Below, in pieces: positions 17,157-29,990 of a stretch of 64,000 bases of DNA. A program made the position numbers and the translations under genes. How positions within the stretch are numbered: position 1 is the first letter of the stretch; each line of letters opens with the position of its first letter. Source of the stretch: Anthoceros angustus (lineage: Eukaryota; Plantae; Anthocerotophyta); the NCBI GenBank assembly GCA_010909165.1, contig MU008169.1, forward strand, positions 1,860,001 through 1,924,000, given 5' to 3'. The notes beneath the pieces are model-generated. The model was not told where the DNA came from. It did no database searches and saw only the letters and a program-made list of their open reading frames with translations.

Positions 17157-17715
17157 ATACTAATGAAGGCGCCAATATGCTAGCACCCTATGCTCTTATG
17201 CTCCCTCCATAGGGCGCCGGCATGCCGGCGTCCTTAGATAAGTTTTCTGTGAGCGCCAGTGTGCATGCGTCCGCATTAACACTAGGGCTTACAACCACTT
17301 GTCATGCACCCATGCACATTATGACTTACAAGAGGCCATGTGTCGTTTGCTCGTGCAAGAGAATGAGAAAGAACACACCACCTTTGACACTTCTGATGAC
17401 GACGCAGCCTTGGTCGCTCACAAAGATGGTGTCCAACACACAAAATACGTGTTCAATTGCTATGACCTCCGTAGAAAGATAGTCACGGCCTGCAGTGAGT
17501 TCGAGAATAGGGAAGGAACTTGGCCGTGTCATATCTCTCTTCATCGTTCGGATTCCAGTACAGTTTGCGATCATGAATATTAGGGCATGGGTAATTTCAA
17601 ACAGCGTGCTTAGAAAACCGTTGAAATTTGAAAATAGTTTCCATGATTTTGAGTCCAAGATTACGAATTATTAGAATAAGGGGATTTGAAACCGAACCAA
17701 TTATCTATCACTTTT

Positions 17716-17798
17716 ACAACACAAACTATGCTGGCCAAAATATACAACACAAACTATGTTGGCCAAAATATACAACACAAACTATGCTGGCCAAAATA
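17716..17798. repeat. 28-bp tandem repeat, 3 copies
   Basis: ACAACACAAACTATGCTGGCCAAAATAT repeated. Confidence 0.85.
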
Positions 17799-18299
17799 AA
17801 GAAGCATGACTCGAACTAGTAACCTCGGATTTTTATCTCTCTCATTTCAATCCATATTATCTATTCCCCAAACACTAAGAAAAATTTACCTTCAAAGGGC
17901 GCAGGCATGTCGGCGCCTCAAAAGGGACCTTGAACCCAAGTCCTCTTACTGCTTCATTAACTTTCCCATATTAAAATGTAAAGCAACACAAAGTATATGT
18001 TGAATGAGGACGCCGGCATGCCAGCGCCCTCATGCCCTCATCCTTCTTCTTCTTCTTCTTCATGGCCTTATGCTTCTCCATGCTCCTTGTTTTTTATAGC
18101 CAGTCCGGAGAAGCCATGACGGTTCAGGTGGGTTCTTAGCCACTAGCTTAGGTGTCTATCCGACGTTGAGCAGTCTGGAGAAGCCATTACGGTTCATGTA
18201 GTTTCTTAGCAGAAGGAGGGTGTCTGTCCGACGTCCAGCAGTCATTGCCAAAGACCATGAATCTTGGGCACCGGCAGTGTGTCGGCCAACAGCAAATAT

Positions 18300-19105
18300 T
18301 AATCAAATCGCAGTGGTGAAGTGGTTGGTGCGATGACAAAACCCCGTATACATGGACGAGCCAGAAGCCAAGCGCCTGCGTCCTTACCGGAACAAGACCG
18401 AAGCCGAGCTCTCGTGGACCTAGGGATAGAGGAGTCCAAGAGGACGGACTGGAAAGCCTGGCCGAGCGGCTTCTCAAGCAACAACGTCTGCAACCCCCTA
18501 AAACCATCGGAAATGAACATCGAGAAAGAAGGAAAATCCCGCATTTCTTTGGCCTGCCTCAAGGAAATTTGGAGAGGGAAGGTTCCCTTCTCCACTATAG
18601 ACACAAGATCCTCCAGAAAGGGCTTGTCTTAGAGGATGAAGTGAGAGGCCAAAGCAGGAGCTGATAGGGCCCAGCTGTCTACAAAAGCCGTCGGGGGATG
18701 CAAGCAGGCCACTTCTTTATCCCGCTCGCAGTCGAAACGTAAGGGGCAATGGCTATGGACTTCAATCAATTTCTCAAGTACTGTGCCAAATCCTACCATG
18801 CGGGCAAGCATGGTGCGGGGTTGTCCCTTTCTTCTTTCACAGTTTACTTCAAACAACGAGTTTCCATTGCCCTTCAAAGGGCCCTTTTGACGGCAATCCT
18901 TCATAAGGCGGCGACGGCAAGTGACGCATCTTCCTCTTCCTCCGTCATTTACATGCTATTTGTTCTTCTTGCATATGATGTTCTAGGAGCATTAGGTAAC
19001 TTTGGGTAAGGAGCTTAGTCGCTCTTTTTCACCTTGAGCCCCGAGGTCCATCTTCATTGTCTCGTGCTGAATGGGTTTTTCTCCATCGTTTTTTCCCTCA
19101 ATAAA
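18300..19105. mobile_element. CRE-like non-LTR retrotransposon fragment with inverted 5' part (18300-18720 minus, 18725-19105 plus)
   Basis: Minus strand SWALSAPALASHFIL..KPFLEDLV...ARLRSCSGKDAGAWLLARP; plus strand GAMAMDF...RVSIALQRALL followed by a 3' UTR with AATAAA at ~19100; both parts match the copy at 54190-55370. Confidence 0.75.
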
Positions 19106-19599
19106 ACATCATAAGGCTAAAGGTAGAAACTCTTAAGTTTTAGGTTGTCCTTCATTTTTACTCTTAAGTTTTAGGTTGTTTTTCAGAAGTTTATGATGAT
19201 AATTGGTCAAGTTTCCAATGGCAATTTTCAACCCAAGGACACTACTAGGTTGGGGGTTCGGACATAGTTAACTTGTAGTTGGACATATTGCAAACCAAAA
19301 TTCTGAATGAACCATGACACAAACACAATCGATATGTTGCATGTAGTTAACCGAGGTGGCATGCATAATTCAATTCAAAGTTGAACTGCGATGCCAGTTG
19401 AATCAAACATATATCTTTCCGAAGAGTTGAGAATGAACTGAGTAAATCTGGTAATCTATGGGTCACTTTTAGTAAATAACTAGGCCCTTATGTTTAGAAG
19501 TACAATGTCTTGCAAAAACCTCAAACTTTCTCAGCAAACCCATCCGTTAGCATAAGCTTTATAATGGAGAATGCATGTACATATATTGGTTTTGTATAA

Positions 19600-20640
19600 T
19601 AGTATTAGAAAAATTGATCATCCCAGATGAGCACCACTGCAATAAGAGCAGCACCAAATGTGATTGCCATGAATTTGAAAAATGGTGTATATGTTAAGCC
19701 AGCTCCTCCCTTGGGATGTAACCCTTAGTAAGAAGGTGGTTGATGGCGACATAAATAAAGACACCACATGCCAAACTCATAGAGCTAGCGTAAATCCAAT
19801 CTATTGTAGCTCCCCAGTTAGTGGAGTCGATGATAGTCCCAATTGGTACACTAATTGGTGTGAAGATAGTGAATGAAAAGGAGTAGAGTGCAGAGGACAA
19901 CAAAAGCCAGTTAGGCAATATTTGTAGACGAGCCGTGCCCATGGCCATTGCGGCAAATATTTTGTGCAGACTAACAGTCCTAAACGTTTTCCAAGCATAT
20001 GCCTTTGAGCCTGCAAGTCAAAGAGACCGTTAATGTAGCAGTACAGTCTAAAACTTACTTAACAGATATCGTCATCCACTTGATTATGTGTTTTCTTACC
20101 TGCAACTCTGATGGCAATGCCTTCAAAGATTGAATGAAAACCTAGAGCCAAAATTAATAGCAATGTATCCTCAAAAGATATTTTCTTCAGGTTTTCTTCA
20201 CCTACTTTACATGCACCAATGATATCTTTCAGCTCCCCGATTTAGGCTTGCTAGCATAACAAACAGTCAATCGCTGATATCATGTCGTCAAGTGCTTATA
20301 AAACTTGAATGTTGTCTTCAAGCTAGATCCAGCCGAACTCCGTTTTGCTCTGTGATATTATGCGACATACCATGCACCCCTTGAATTACCACGTCTCCTA
20401 GCATGGTGAGCAAATATCCCACAGTTGCCAACATGAAGGCAACAAATATGTCTTTGTGGTACGATCCTCAAATGTGGAATTCGCATCTTCCAGGAAATGG
20501 ATTAATGTCCCCTTATAAATTGCATTCCAAGGAGCAAGAACATCTCGTCCAAGTGCAAGAAATAAGGAGAAACTCATCTAAAGAAGGTCTTGAAGAAGAC
20601 AATAATCACGAGTAGGAAAGCAAGAATTAGTGGCAAATAC
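19600..20640 (-). pseudogene. ZIP2/ZIP11-like zinc/iron transporter pseudogene
   Basis: Spliced fragments VSPYF...FLLLGMQF, LIHFLEDANSTF, AFMLATVGYLLTMLGD, LGFHSIFEGIAI, SLHKIFAAMAMG, GVFIYVAINHLL, FFKFMAITFGAALIAVVLIWD; in-frame TGA and several indels; no start found. Confidence 0.85.
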
Positions 20641-21469
20641 TGCCTGCCTTTTTTCTCCTTCACAGTAGAGGGATTCCATGGGCTTCAAGCATCTCTCTAG
20701 AGGAAGTAGTGTAGATACAACAGACCCTACTTCTAGATACCTCCATTTCTCCGCATCTAGACCTCGCCTCTGCTCCTGCCTCTGCGGGGGAGGGAGCAGT
20801 TTCTTGGCTTCTCACCCCACCTTGCATCCAAGCCTTCTGATTCGCATCGGCTTCGTTCTCTATAGCGATCAAGTTCCCCTTGGGCTAGGTTCAACCAGTG
20901 GCCTGTTCGCTCCTGACTTGCAGCTGAGGGGCTCCCCTGAACGACTTCGAGATCCTCCTAGCTCACAATCCAATTGGTTGGTAGCGCAATGCTATACATG
21001 GCGCCATCCAAGACATCATATACTTGGTGACCAAGAAGAGTGGGTTTTTTTCCCTTCAGGGCATAACACGATAATATTTGAAGCGGTTGAATATACATCA
21101 AGCAGCTTTTGACGTGAATATACGCGGAACGGGGTTTTTGATGGGCATTAAAATGCCATATTTGAGCATACCCTGCAGAAGAAGGCACACAATTAGGGTG
21201 TCGTAGAGAAGTTTATATCTTTTAGCGGCCCATAATGGTAGACGAAGGGTTCGTCCTATAGGACGACCATTGTTTTTCGATGGAAATGATGCCCATGTTG
21301 TTAGTCCATGCGATTCATCAAACAACTGTAAATGAACATGGACAAGCATCTCTGCAGCAGCATCGAAGGGAATGCATATGGCTATTGCTATATTCGTGCT
21401 ATACATCCAATCCGGATACGGTCGACGTCATTGTGCACAACAGCCGAGATATGAAGACCCTAAATACTT

Positions 21470-22480
21470 CAGCCTGTGGCGTCTTCCCTTCTTACCTGCA
21501 AGTGCGGCTCCACCCTCGATGACTCTGGGGTGCACATCGGTCGTTGTCCGCATGAGGGTTATCACACCGTCAACCACGACGCTATCCGCGATGTCACGTT
21601 TGCCATAGCTCGCAAAAGCGGCTACATGGCCTGGAGGGAGCGGGGGTATCTTCTTCGAACAAATCGCTCAATCAGGGCTGACTTGTACTTTGTCCACTGT
21701 GACTAGGTCTCGGTGGTGGACGTGGTGGTTACTGACCCTGCTCGAGACACCATCTCCATTCTGGTTATCACTAACCGTCCTGGTTGGGTTGCCGCCGGTG
21801 CTGCGGCTCTCAAAACCTCTAGTGAGAGAAGACTAGCGCCCCCAAATTGCACTGGCATGGATGCTTGCCAGCGGGCCAAATCGCCCGCAGGGCACTCGAA
21901 AGCCCTTGAGCTCATGATGTCACCAAGAGTATCTATCTTCCTGTCAAACCCCTGAAGTCGAGACATGAGGACTGGAGATGGGGGGAGCGTGCAGATGAGG
22001 TAACCAGGGCGCCTAGCAAAGCAGGAGGAAAAAATTCCAAAAGCCACCTGAGCATCCCCCAACAGGGGGAGATTCTCGACATGGGACAGGTCCTCCGCGA
22101 GAGCCTAGTCCATGAAGTTCCCAATGAAGCCAGGAAAGCCAAAGGGGACCCCAAAATCCGTAGACCCAAGGCCGGAGCAATCTCCCTAGCAGGGAACTGC
22201 AAAGTGGGGAGGATACCTGATGCGGACCAGATGTGCCATTTAGAGAGCTTGACTTTTAATCTGACCAAAGAAAGCTCATGGGAGAAGAGTTGGAAGGCCT
22301 CCTTAACCTTGTCCCCATGCCCAAGGATATGAGAGTCATTTGCCAGCGATGGGAAGACATAGTCTCCCGAAGAGGAAACATCCTTGAAAAGAGCCCTATA
22401 GTGGGCTATGACAAAGAGGGCACCACCCAGAGGGTCGCCTTACCTGGTACCTATGGCTTATTCCAAGACAGAAATAGCAA
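21470..22480. mobile_element. CRE-like retrotransposon fragments: zinc knuckle + RLE (plus, 21470-21815) and reverse transcriptase (minus, 21820-22480)
   Basis: Plus strand CKCG..DDSGVH..RC....HDAIRD...RADLY...VVDVVV; minus strand GTR.GDPLGGALF...SLAND, LRILGSP, LARWQASMPVQFGG. Confidence 0.75.
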
Positions 22481-23903
22481 ATCTTGAAGAGATGTTCCTG
22501 TGATGATAGTAGAGATTGAAAGACGTCTCAAAATACTATCATAATATGTGAAATTATATATGTAATAAAAATATTATAATATTATAATATGTAAAATCAT
22601 AGGTCTTAAAAATAAACTTCTTAGAGAAAAGGTAATCCCCTAGAAAATCGCTTGAACAATCTCAATTTCACTTTTTTAGAGCTAAATCCTTGAAGTCTAT
22701 GATGGCTGTCAAGGCATAAAGTGGATAAATGCATCGATCCGCAATTGGACGTCAAGGCATATAGTATTTGGGATAAGCAGAGGCGGGGGATGCAATGAGA
22801 GCCACGCAAACTCGGAATAGTTTGGAGCATGAGTTTGAAGTCCTAAGCCAAAGCCTATCATGCTCGAGTGCAGGCGGGCTGTCGATATATTACTTCACGG
22901 CATTCTTGAGGGCTGTGTTTCCATTGCCCTTCAACATGCACTCAATGGCAATCCTCCACAAATCGGCGACAACAAGTGATGCATCCCCCAGGGGAGATTC
23001 TCGACATGGGATGTGTCCTCCGAGCCTAGTCCATGAAGTTCCCAATGAAGCCGGGAAAGCCAAAGGGACCCCAAAATCCGTAGACCCAAGGCCGGAGCAA
23101 TCTCCCTAGCAGGAGCGCAAAGTGGGAGGATACATGCGACCGGATGTGCCATTTAGAGAGCTTGACTTTTAATCGACCAAAGAAAGCTCATGGGAGAAGA
23201 GTTGGAAGGCCTCCTTAACCTTGTCCCCATGCCCAAGGATATGAGAGTCATTTGCAGTGATGGGAAGACATAGTCTAAGAGGAAACATCCTTGAAAAGAG
23301 CCCTATAGTGGGCTATGACAAAGAGGGCACCACCCAGAGGGTCGCCTTACCTGGTACCTATGGCTTATTCCAAGAAATAGCAAATCTTGAAGAGATGTTC
23401 TGTGATGATAGTAGAGATTGAAAAGACGTCTCAAAATACTATCATAATATGAAATTATATATGTAATAAAAATATTATAATATTATAATATGTAAAATCA
23501 TAGGTCTTAAAAATAAACTTCTTAGAGAAAAGGTAATCCCCTAGAAAATCGCTTGAACAATCTCAATTTCACTTTTTTAGAGCTAAATCCTTGAAGTCTA
23601 TGATGGCTGTCAAGGGCATAAAGTGGATAAATGCATCGATCCGCAATTGGACGTCAAGGCATATAGCTGTATTTGGGATAAACAGTAGAGCGGGGGATGC
23701 AATGAGAGCCACGCAAACTCGGAATAGTTTGGAGCATGAGTTTGAAGTCCTAAGCCAAAGCCTATCATGCTCGCGGGTACGGGGCGGAGCTGTCGATATA
23801 TTACTTCACGGCATTCTTCAGACAGCGTGTTTCCATTGCCCTTCAACATGCACTCGCAATGGCAATCCTCCACAAATCGGCGACAACAAGTGATGCATCC
23901 CCC
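22052..23903. repeat. ~920-bp tandem duplication bounded by GCATCCCCC microhomology
   Basis: 22052-22980 is repeated at 22981-23894; GCATCCCCC occurs at 22052, 22981 and 23895. Confidence 0.85.
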
Positions 23904-24075
23904 TTTTCCTCCATGGTGTATCGGCCATTTTCTTTTCCTGCATATTATATTGCTGACATATCAGGTGACTTTAGGTAGGGAACTTAGTTGCTCCTTTTCA
24001 CCACGAGCTGCGAGGTTTCTCTTTCTTGTCCTCTACTGAACGGGCTATGTGGCCCTAGATACACTTTTTCTTTGT
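23740..24075 (+). mobile_element. 3' end of a CRE-like retrotransposon
   Basis: YFTAFFRQRVSIALQHALAMAILHKSA followed by the same 3' UTR type as 18900-19100. Confidence 0.65.
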
Positions 24076-24178
24076 TTGGAGCATATTGGATATTCTACAA
24101 CATTACGTATGAGTATAGAAATATTTTTTTAATATATTTCTTTAACCTTTGAATGTTAAGTTTTGATAATGTAAGAAC

Positions 24179-24450
24179 AATTTCCTCATAAACTCTTGAA
24201 GGGTAATTTCCTTATAAACCCTTGAAGGGTAATCTCCTTATAAACCCTTGAAGAGTGATCTCCTCATAAACCCTTGAAGAGTAATCTCCTCATAAACCCT
24301 TGAAGCGTAATCTCCTCATAAACCCTTGAAGGGTAATTTCCTTATAAACCCTTAAAGGGTAATTTCCTTATAGGTTCATAAGGAAATTGTCCTTCAAGGG
24401 TTTATAAGGAAATTATTCTCCAAGGGTTTATAAGGAAATCACCCTTTAAA
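24179..24450. repeat. 26-bp minisatellite, ~7.5 forward copies then ~2.5 inverted copies
   Basis: AATTTCCTTATAAACCCTTGAAGGGT x7; after ~24375 the reverse complement ATAAGGAAATT..CCTTCAAGGGTTTATAAGGAAAT. Confidence 0.9.
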
Positions 24451-25453
24451 AGACATTTCTATAAAGGTGATTTCCTAATCAACCTATTCGTGAACACCAT
24501 ATATACATCACATGGAGTAGCTCATGGCTAAGTACTCCATATGATGTGTATAAGGGATTCACGCATCAATGTCTTTACTCCCTTTTCTTGGGTAATATAT
24601 ATATGGTGTTCACTCATCAATGTAATTATTCTCTTTTTTGTACACTTTGTATGCATACACATTATCGTCTTCATTTTTGTAAGGTTTTCATGCATATACT
24701 CAGGAGACCAACTCACTTGAGATGAAGTAGAATAATTTTATAAATGGAATAAAGGAATTTAGGTGTACCAAGGAGGAACTTAACAAGGCGTGAACCCTAG
24801 AGACTTTATTACGAAAAAGAGATTGGGAAAACCCATCTACCCCAAGAGAAAGGGGAACAACCCTTAGGAGGGCACTAGACCTTTGGCTTGCTCATCCCTA
24901 CTCATCCCTATGGATGACAAAAATATATATTTTGTGTACAATGAGTTGTGAAAGAAAAAAAGATACTATGGAAAACATATTTGAGCTTATATTTGGGAAT
25001 GATTTATAAGTTTGGTACTTTGCAAACCTCCTAACTTAGGATAAAAGATAGGTTCAAATTCTACCCGAGCTTCAGGTTAAACAGTCCTACCCATAGGTAA
25101 CCTGAACAAGGTATATATATATATATATATCGGATTCCAAAAATTCATAACTTGAACTTGAGCTAGGTAGCTTGAACAATTGTTCTATATATGCTCAATG
25201 CCCAAAAATTTTACCTAAGTGAGTTGACATGTGCTACACCAGTTTCGTGACGTATGTGGTCTAAGACCTGGTGCTATTGGCGTGACCTTCACACTGGCCT
25301 GTGGTCAACAAGACTTGGGGGAGGGCCCGGATGTTCTACTAATTTGTTGGTTTGGGTCAAGAAATTGCCAAAGAGCACATAAGGGACATTCACCACCTCC
25401 GTAGAAGTAGTCTAAACAAGAACAACATCTTGGTTCTTGACAAACACAACAAT

Positions 25454-26575
25454 ATGTCTGAGTTACATACATCAACAATGGACTTGGTAAGTCTTTGCTT
25501 GATCATTAGAAGGTTATATACAAACATGATGTCTTGCATGTTGGGATAGTGAGTAATTTTTGGATTGTGAACGATTACGCGAATTTTTCATAAGCAGAAA
25601 CTCTACTATGAACGTTGAGAAGGTTATCAAGATATGGCGAGATTGTGAATGATTTTTACGAATGTGAATAACTTTCTAGTTGTGATTGACTTTTCATGTT
25701 TGTAAATGAATGATTTTTCACGTTTGTAAATAAATTTTTTTTTATTGTGAATGACTTTTCACGTTTCTGTCAAGCAGAAGATTTACAATGAATCCGGAGA
25801 AAATTTTGAAGATATTTACATATTAGGGACGAAAATTGGGACAGGATCCTTCGGCATTGTTTTCGAATGTATGAATCGGAGTACAAAACAGCTATGGGCC
25901 TGTAAATGCATCTCAAAATTAGAGAAGGAAATAGAATCCATTGAAAATATGAGACTTGAAGTACGTATTATGAAACATCTTCCAAACCATCCTTGTATCA
26001 TAGGATTCCAAGATTGTTTTGAGAACGATTATGAAATACGAATAGTTATGGAATTATGCAAAGGAGGCGATATGTTTGACTATATTACTACTAGAGGATA
26101 TTATCGAGAGCAAGATATAGTTAAATTATTTCGACAAGTAATTCAAGCTATCCAATTTTGCCATGACCATGGAATTATACATAGGGATTTGAAACCAGAA
26201 AATTTCCTTTTTGTTGATAGTGACAAGCAAGTTTTAAGACTCATTGATTTTGGATTGGCTGCCTTTCATACCAAAGATAAAAAGCATTCTACTATTGTGG
26301 GTAGTAACTCTTATATGGCTCCAGAGGTATTTCATCAAAGCTATGGGCTTGAAGCAGATATATATAGTGCAGGCATAATATTACATGCTTTATTGAGTGG
26401 ATATGTTCCTCCCTTTTGTGGAAATGGAGTTTACATGAAAGTAAACTTAAGGGAAAATTCTTGGAAAAACATTTCATTGAATGGGAAGGCTTTATTACAA
26501 CTTATGTTAAATCCTCATCCCTGGCTACGCCCAACCTTAGAACAGGTCCTTAATCATGCGTGGATGAAGGAATAG
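25454..26575 (+). CDS. CDPK/CAMK-like Ser/Thr kinase without EF-hands; probable short upstream exon (25454-25486) spliced to 25778-26575
   Basis: GTGSFG, ACK, MELCKGG, HRDLKPENFLF, DFG and APE are all intact. A phase-0 GTAAGT donor at 25487 and CAG acceptor at 25777 give an in-frame join. Stop follows HAWMKE. Confidence 0.8.
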
Positions 26576-28572
26576 GTATGTTTATTGCATACGTTGTATT
26601 AATACATGCCCTTTCTAATATGATATAAGGTTTCTGAGTGATTATTTTTGTTTATAGATTAAATTAATTGATTACATAAGTTATCTCTCGATTTAATTAT
26701 TTTTATATTTATCTGAGTGGTTAACATTGTCAGCCCATTATTCCGAGTCCCAAACCCCCGATTCCAGCGATTTGAATTTTGTTTGCCACATGAGAGATAT
26801 CAATCGGAGCAAAGCACGCAATCAGACTAAATCCGCAATGTGTCGTGTCGTGCTATGTGGCATCCAAGCTAGTCATCCTTCTATCATTGCCTTACACATG
26901 CACTCTTATTCTCACATGCCCTCAATATCACACACCACATAGATGACAAGAGTCACGTTATTTTTCAAGGAGCGATCTGCCATAGCAACAACCTATGTGG
27001 TGATGTTGTTCCTCTGCCACCATTGTGCGCTGATGTTGGTCCTCCACTACTAGAATCTGCTCATGGTTATAGGGTATTACGAGACCCTTATTTTATGTTG
27101 TCTGCGACTTCACCATCACTATTTCAATGCTAATCAATTCCAAAGTTTTTCTTGTGCAACTTGATTCATTTTTCTTCTTTCTTAAGGTCTAATTTCATGT
27201 CAACTTGGTAAATATTATGCTTTTGGAATAATGGCATGTACATCTTCCCCCCTGCTCCCCCCCAACGAATACTTTTGGTAAGGCTTTGATGACCTTATGA
27301 GTGAACAATGAATTTTTCCCACATAAGTTGCACTTTGTCAACAATTGTGAATTGTGTATGCCTATGGAATGATCTTCAACATCTGATGAAACAGTTGTAC
27401 AAAGCAATCTTGCTCCATCCAATATAGTGGCTATCACTTTCTGTTACACAAAACTCCTCTAGATCTCGAAAGAATTGCACTTCAATGCGTATGCCTTCAG
27501 TTTACTGCTTGGTTTAACTGTTCACCATGATAAGAATAAAGCTTCGTGACTCTCTTCTTATATTCACACAAACTACTTGAGAGCAATCAGACATAGCTTG
27601 TCAATGACCTCTCAAGTCATGTCATCGTTGGTATCCAACTATGTATCTTTTAAAAATGCTTAAGTTTGAATGTTTTGTTATTGTTGGTTAGTTCTAGAGA
27701 ATGTCAAAGTTATGAACGATAATCCTTGAAACAGAGGAGATAGACTTTCTAACATTTGAGAAATTAATTGTTAAGAGAATTGGGTTAAATGCACATTTTC
27801 TTATGGGGAGCGTGACTTTTTGCCTAAGGATCCTGCTCAAAAGGGTTCAGCTCATTTGCCAACTCATGTGGAGACTAGCTCATTTGCCAACCAGTTGCCC
27901 TGTCTTGGACACAAGGGAGAGGCAGCTGTGAGGGCGAACGATTAAAGAATACCTGGTGAGCTGGGAGAGCGACTGTGGCATGCCGCCAAGCTAGGAGACT
28001 TAAGCTTTCATGGACAATTTCTAGCATCTGTTTCAACGTGATCAGGAAGAAGGAATAAGCCCTTCATACAATTCTATTAAGAGAAAGGAGGAGGATGCCA
28101 TGGCAGCGCAAGCCATGGACGAACGAGTTAGCAACGAGCTCGATGTGATCGAGCCGACTGATCATCAGCCGGATGGGTATCGTAGCTAGCGGCCCGCTTA
28201 GCAGCCAAGGCAACTTAGGGCACACAAGGAATAGAATGGAACCTTAATTAGGTTAGTTGTGAGTCAGCCTAACCCCGATTAGAACTAACCCAGTCTAGTA
28301 AACAGACCAACGTCCTAGGGTCAAGAACAAGATGTTGTCCTACGGAGGTACAAGACCAACGGAACAAGGCCAATAGAACTCTCTTACATTCTCGATGCTC
28401 GCGCATCTTGTGACCGTGTGCGCCTTGGCGACGATGCTCACGGAGATCTTCGGTTGCAACGCTACCAGGGTGAAAATAGTAGGCTTGATGCATGTCCTCA
28501 CGCTTACAATTAAAACATGACAAGATCTATAAATGATCATTTGATTCACTTGGAATGGCTTTTAAACAATTA

Positions 28573-28573
<1 letters not shown>

Positions 28574-28634
<61 letters not shown>
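28574..28634. repeat. (TTA)n microsatellite, ~20 units
   Basis: Direct reading. Confidence 0.95.
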
Positions 28635-28637
<3 letters not shown>

Positions 28638-28643
28638 TTTAAC

Positions 28644-29990
28644 TAAGGTAGAGGACCTACATCTGCTGTCATACTACTGACCATATCCGCTGATTTTGCA
28701 GATATGCTCATTGGCGTTCATGTAAGCATTGTAAAATTGAGAAGAATCTACAGATGAGGTGACGGCGGACTCAATAAAGTAAACTCTATTGAGCATCAAA
28801 TCACTTATGGAGGTCCAATTCCAATTTTGCCAATCATTGCTAAGAGTTATGTGTTTGGTTACCTAAAATGTACATATGACATATTTCCAAATTTTATCTT
28901 TAAAAATAAAGAAATACGTACTCCCCACATGGTATAATCATTGTTTACGAGGAAAATTTACCGTGACAGCATCTGTAAAACAAAATATTGAATAATTTTG
29001 TTTTTGAAACAATTAGTGCCAACTTCCTCCTGGACAAAAGCATAGGCATAGAAAGAAAAAATGTGAATACGATCTAAACTTAATTTTACACAAGTTCTTA
29101 CCTGGGCATTTGTTGCACCAAAGAGTCGACAAAATGGTTCATCGTTATTATGACTTTCATGTTAATATTTCCTGTTTCGTCACCATTGTGTCCCAATAAC
29201 ATAACCTGAATTGCATGAACGCATGGGTATGAAATTTGTAGGAAACAACAGGGTAGCTTTTTTCACGCGAATATTTTGTAATTGATGGAATTCATATTGA
29301 ATTAGTAATGCATACCTTGTTGTGAGACGTATTCGAGATAGTAACATTGGTTGAACCGAGTCTTACGTCTATCAAACTATCCGCACAATCCGACATAAAC
29401 ACATGGTCGATCCATTTATTATTGCCGGTGATGAATGAGATGCCATCACCATCGTTGTTGACCACCCACTCTAAGTGATATGGATCAATTTGTATTTACG
29501 TATTCCCAGCAAGTGTGGAATTATATATGCTGATCCCAAGAATTATGACATTATGCACATTCCTAATAGTGATACAAGGCCCATGTGCAATGTGAACATC
29601 AGCTCTTCTACCATCAATTGTCTTGTTATTTTCAACCATAAGTGTTTGTTCAGAGCGATTTTCATATTTGTTGCAAAAGTGATCCACAACGGCTCGATTT
29701 GAGTCACTACATGGCGAAGTGTGCCCGGTGCAAGATTCACAACTTCGTCATCACTTGAGGTGACTATATAGATATTGCCATTTTTCCCACCATTGGCATA
29801 TTTAGCAAAACCAATTGCACATTCTGCCGAGACTAGTGTTGTCTATTGTTTGGCCTATTTGCGTCACATCTCCAGCAATCATCAATTGGGTTTCCCGTTG
29901 TTGAACATGTCAAGCTGGTTAAATAATACGACACGAGAATAAAACATTTATAATTAATACATATGTTGCATGGAATCATGATTATAAATG
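28644..29990 (-). pseudogene. Pectate lyase (PL1) pseudogene
   Basis: TGNPIDDCWRCD, AECAIGFA...GGKNG, PGTLRH..TQIEPLWITF, KTIDGR, DGDGIS, WIDH...DCADSLID, NWTSISDLMLN; frameshifts at ~29830 and ~29630 and an in-frame TAA at ~29496. Confidence 0.85.

Noticed and set aside
24179-24450. CRISPR-like array (26-bp repeats)
   Set aside because: Units are contiguous with no unique spacers and no cas genes, in a eukaryotic context
27901-28521. Possible solo LTR (TG...CA)
   Set aside because: No matching TSD, PBS or second copy in the window
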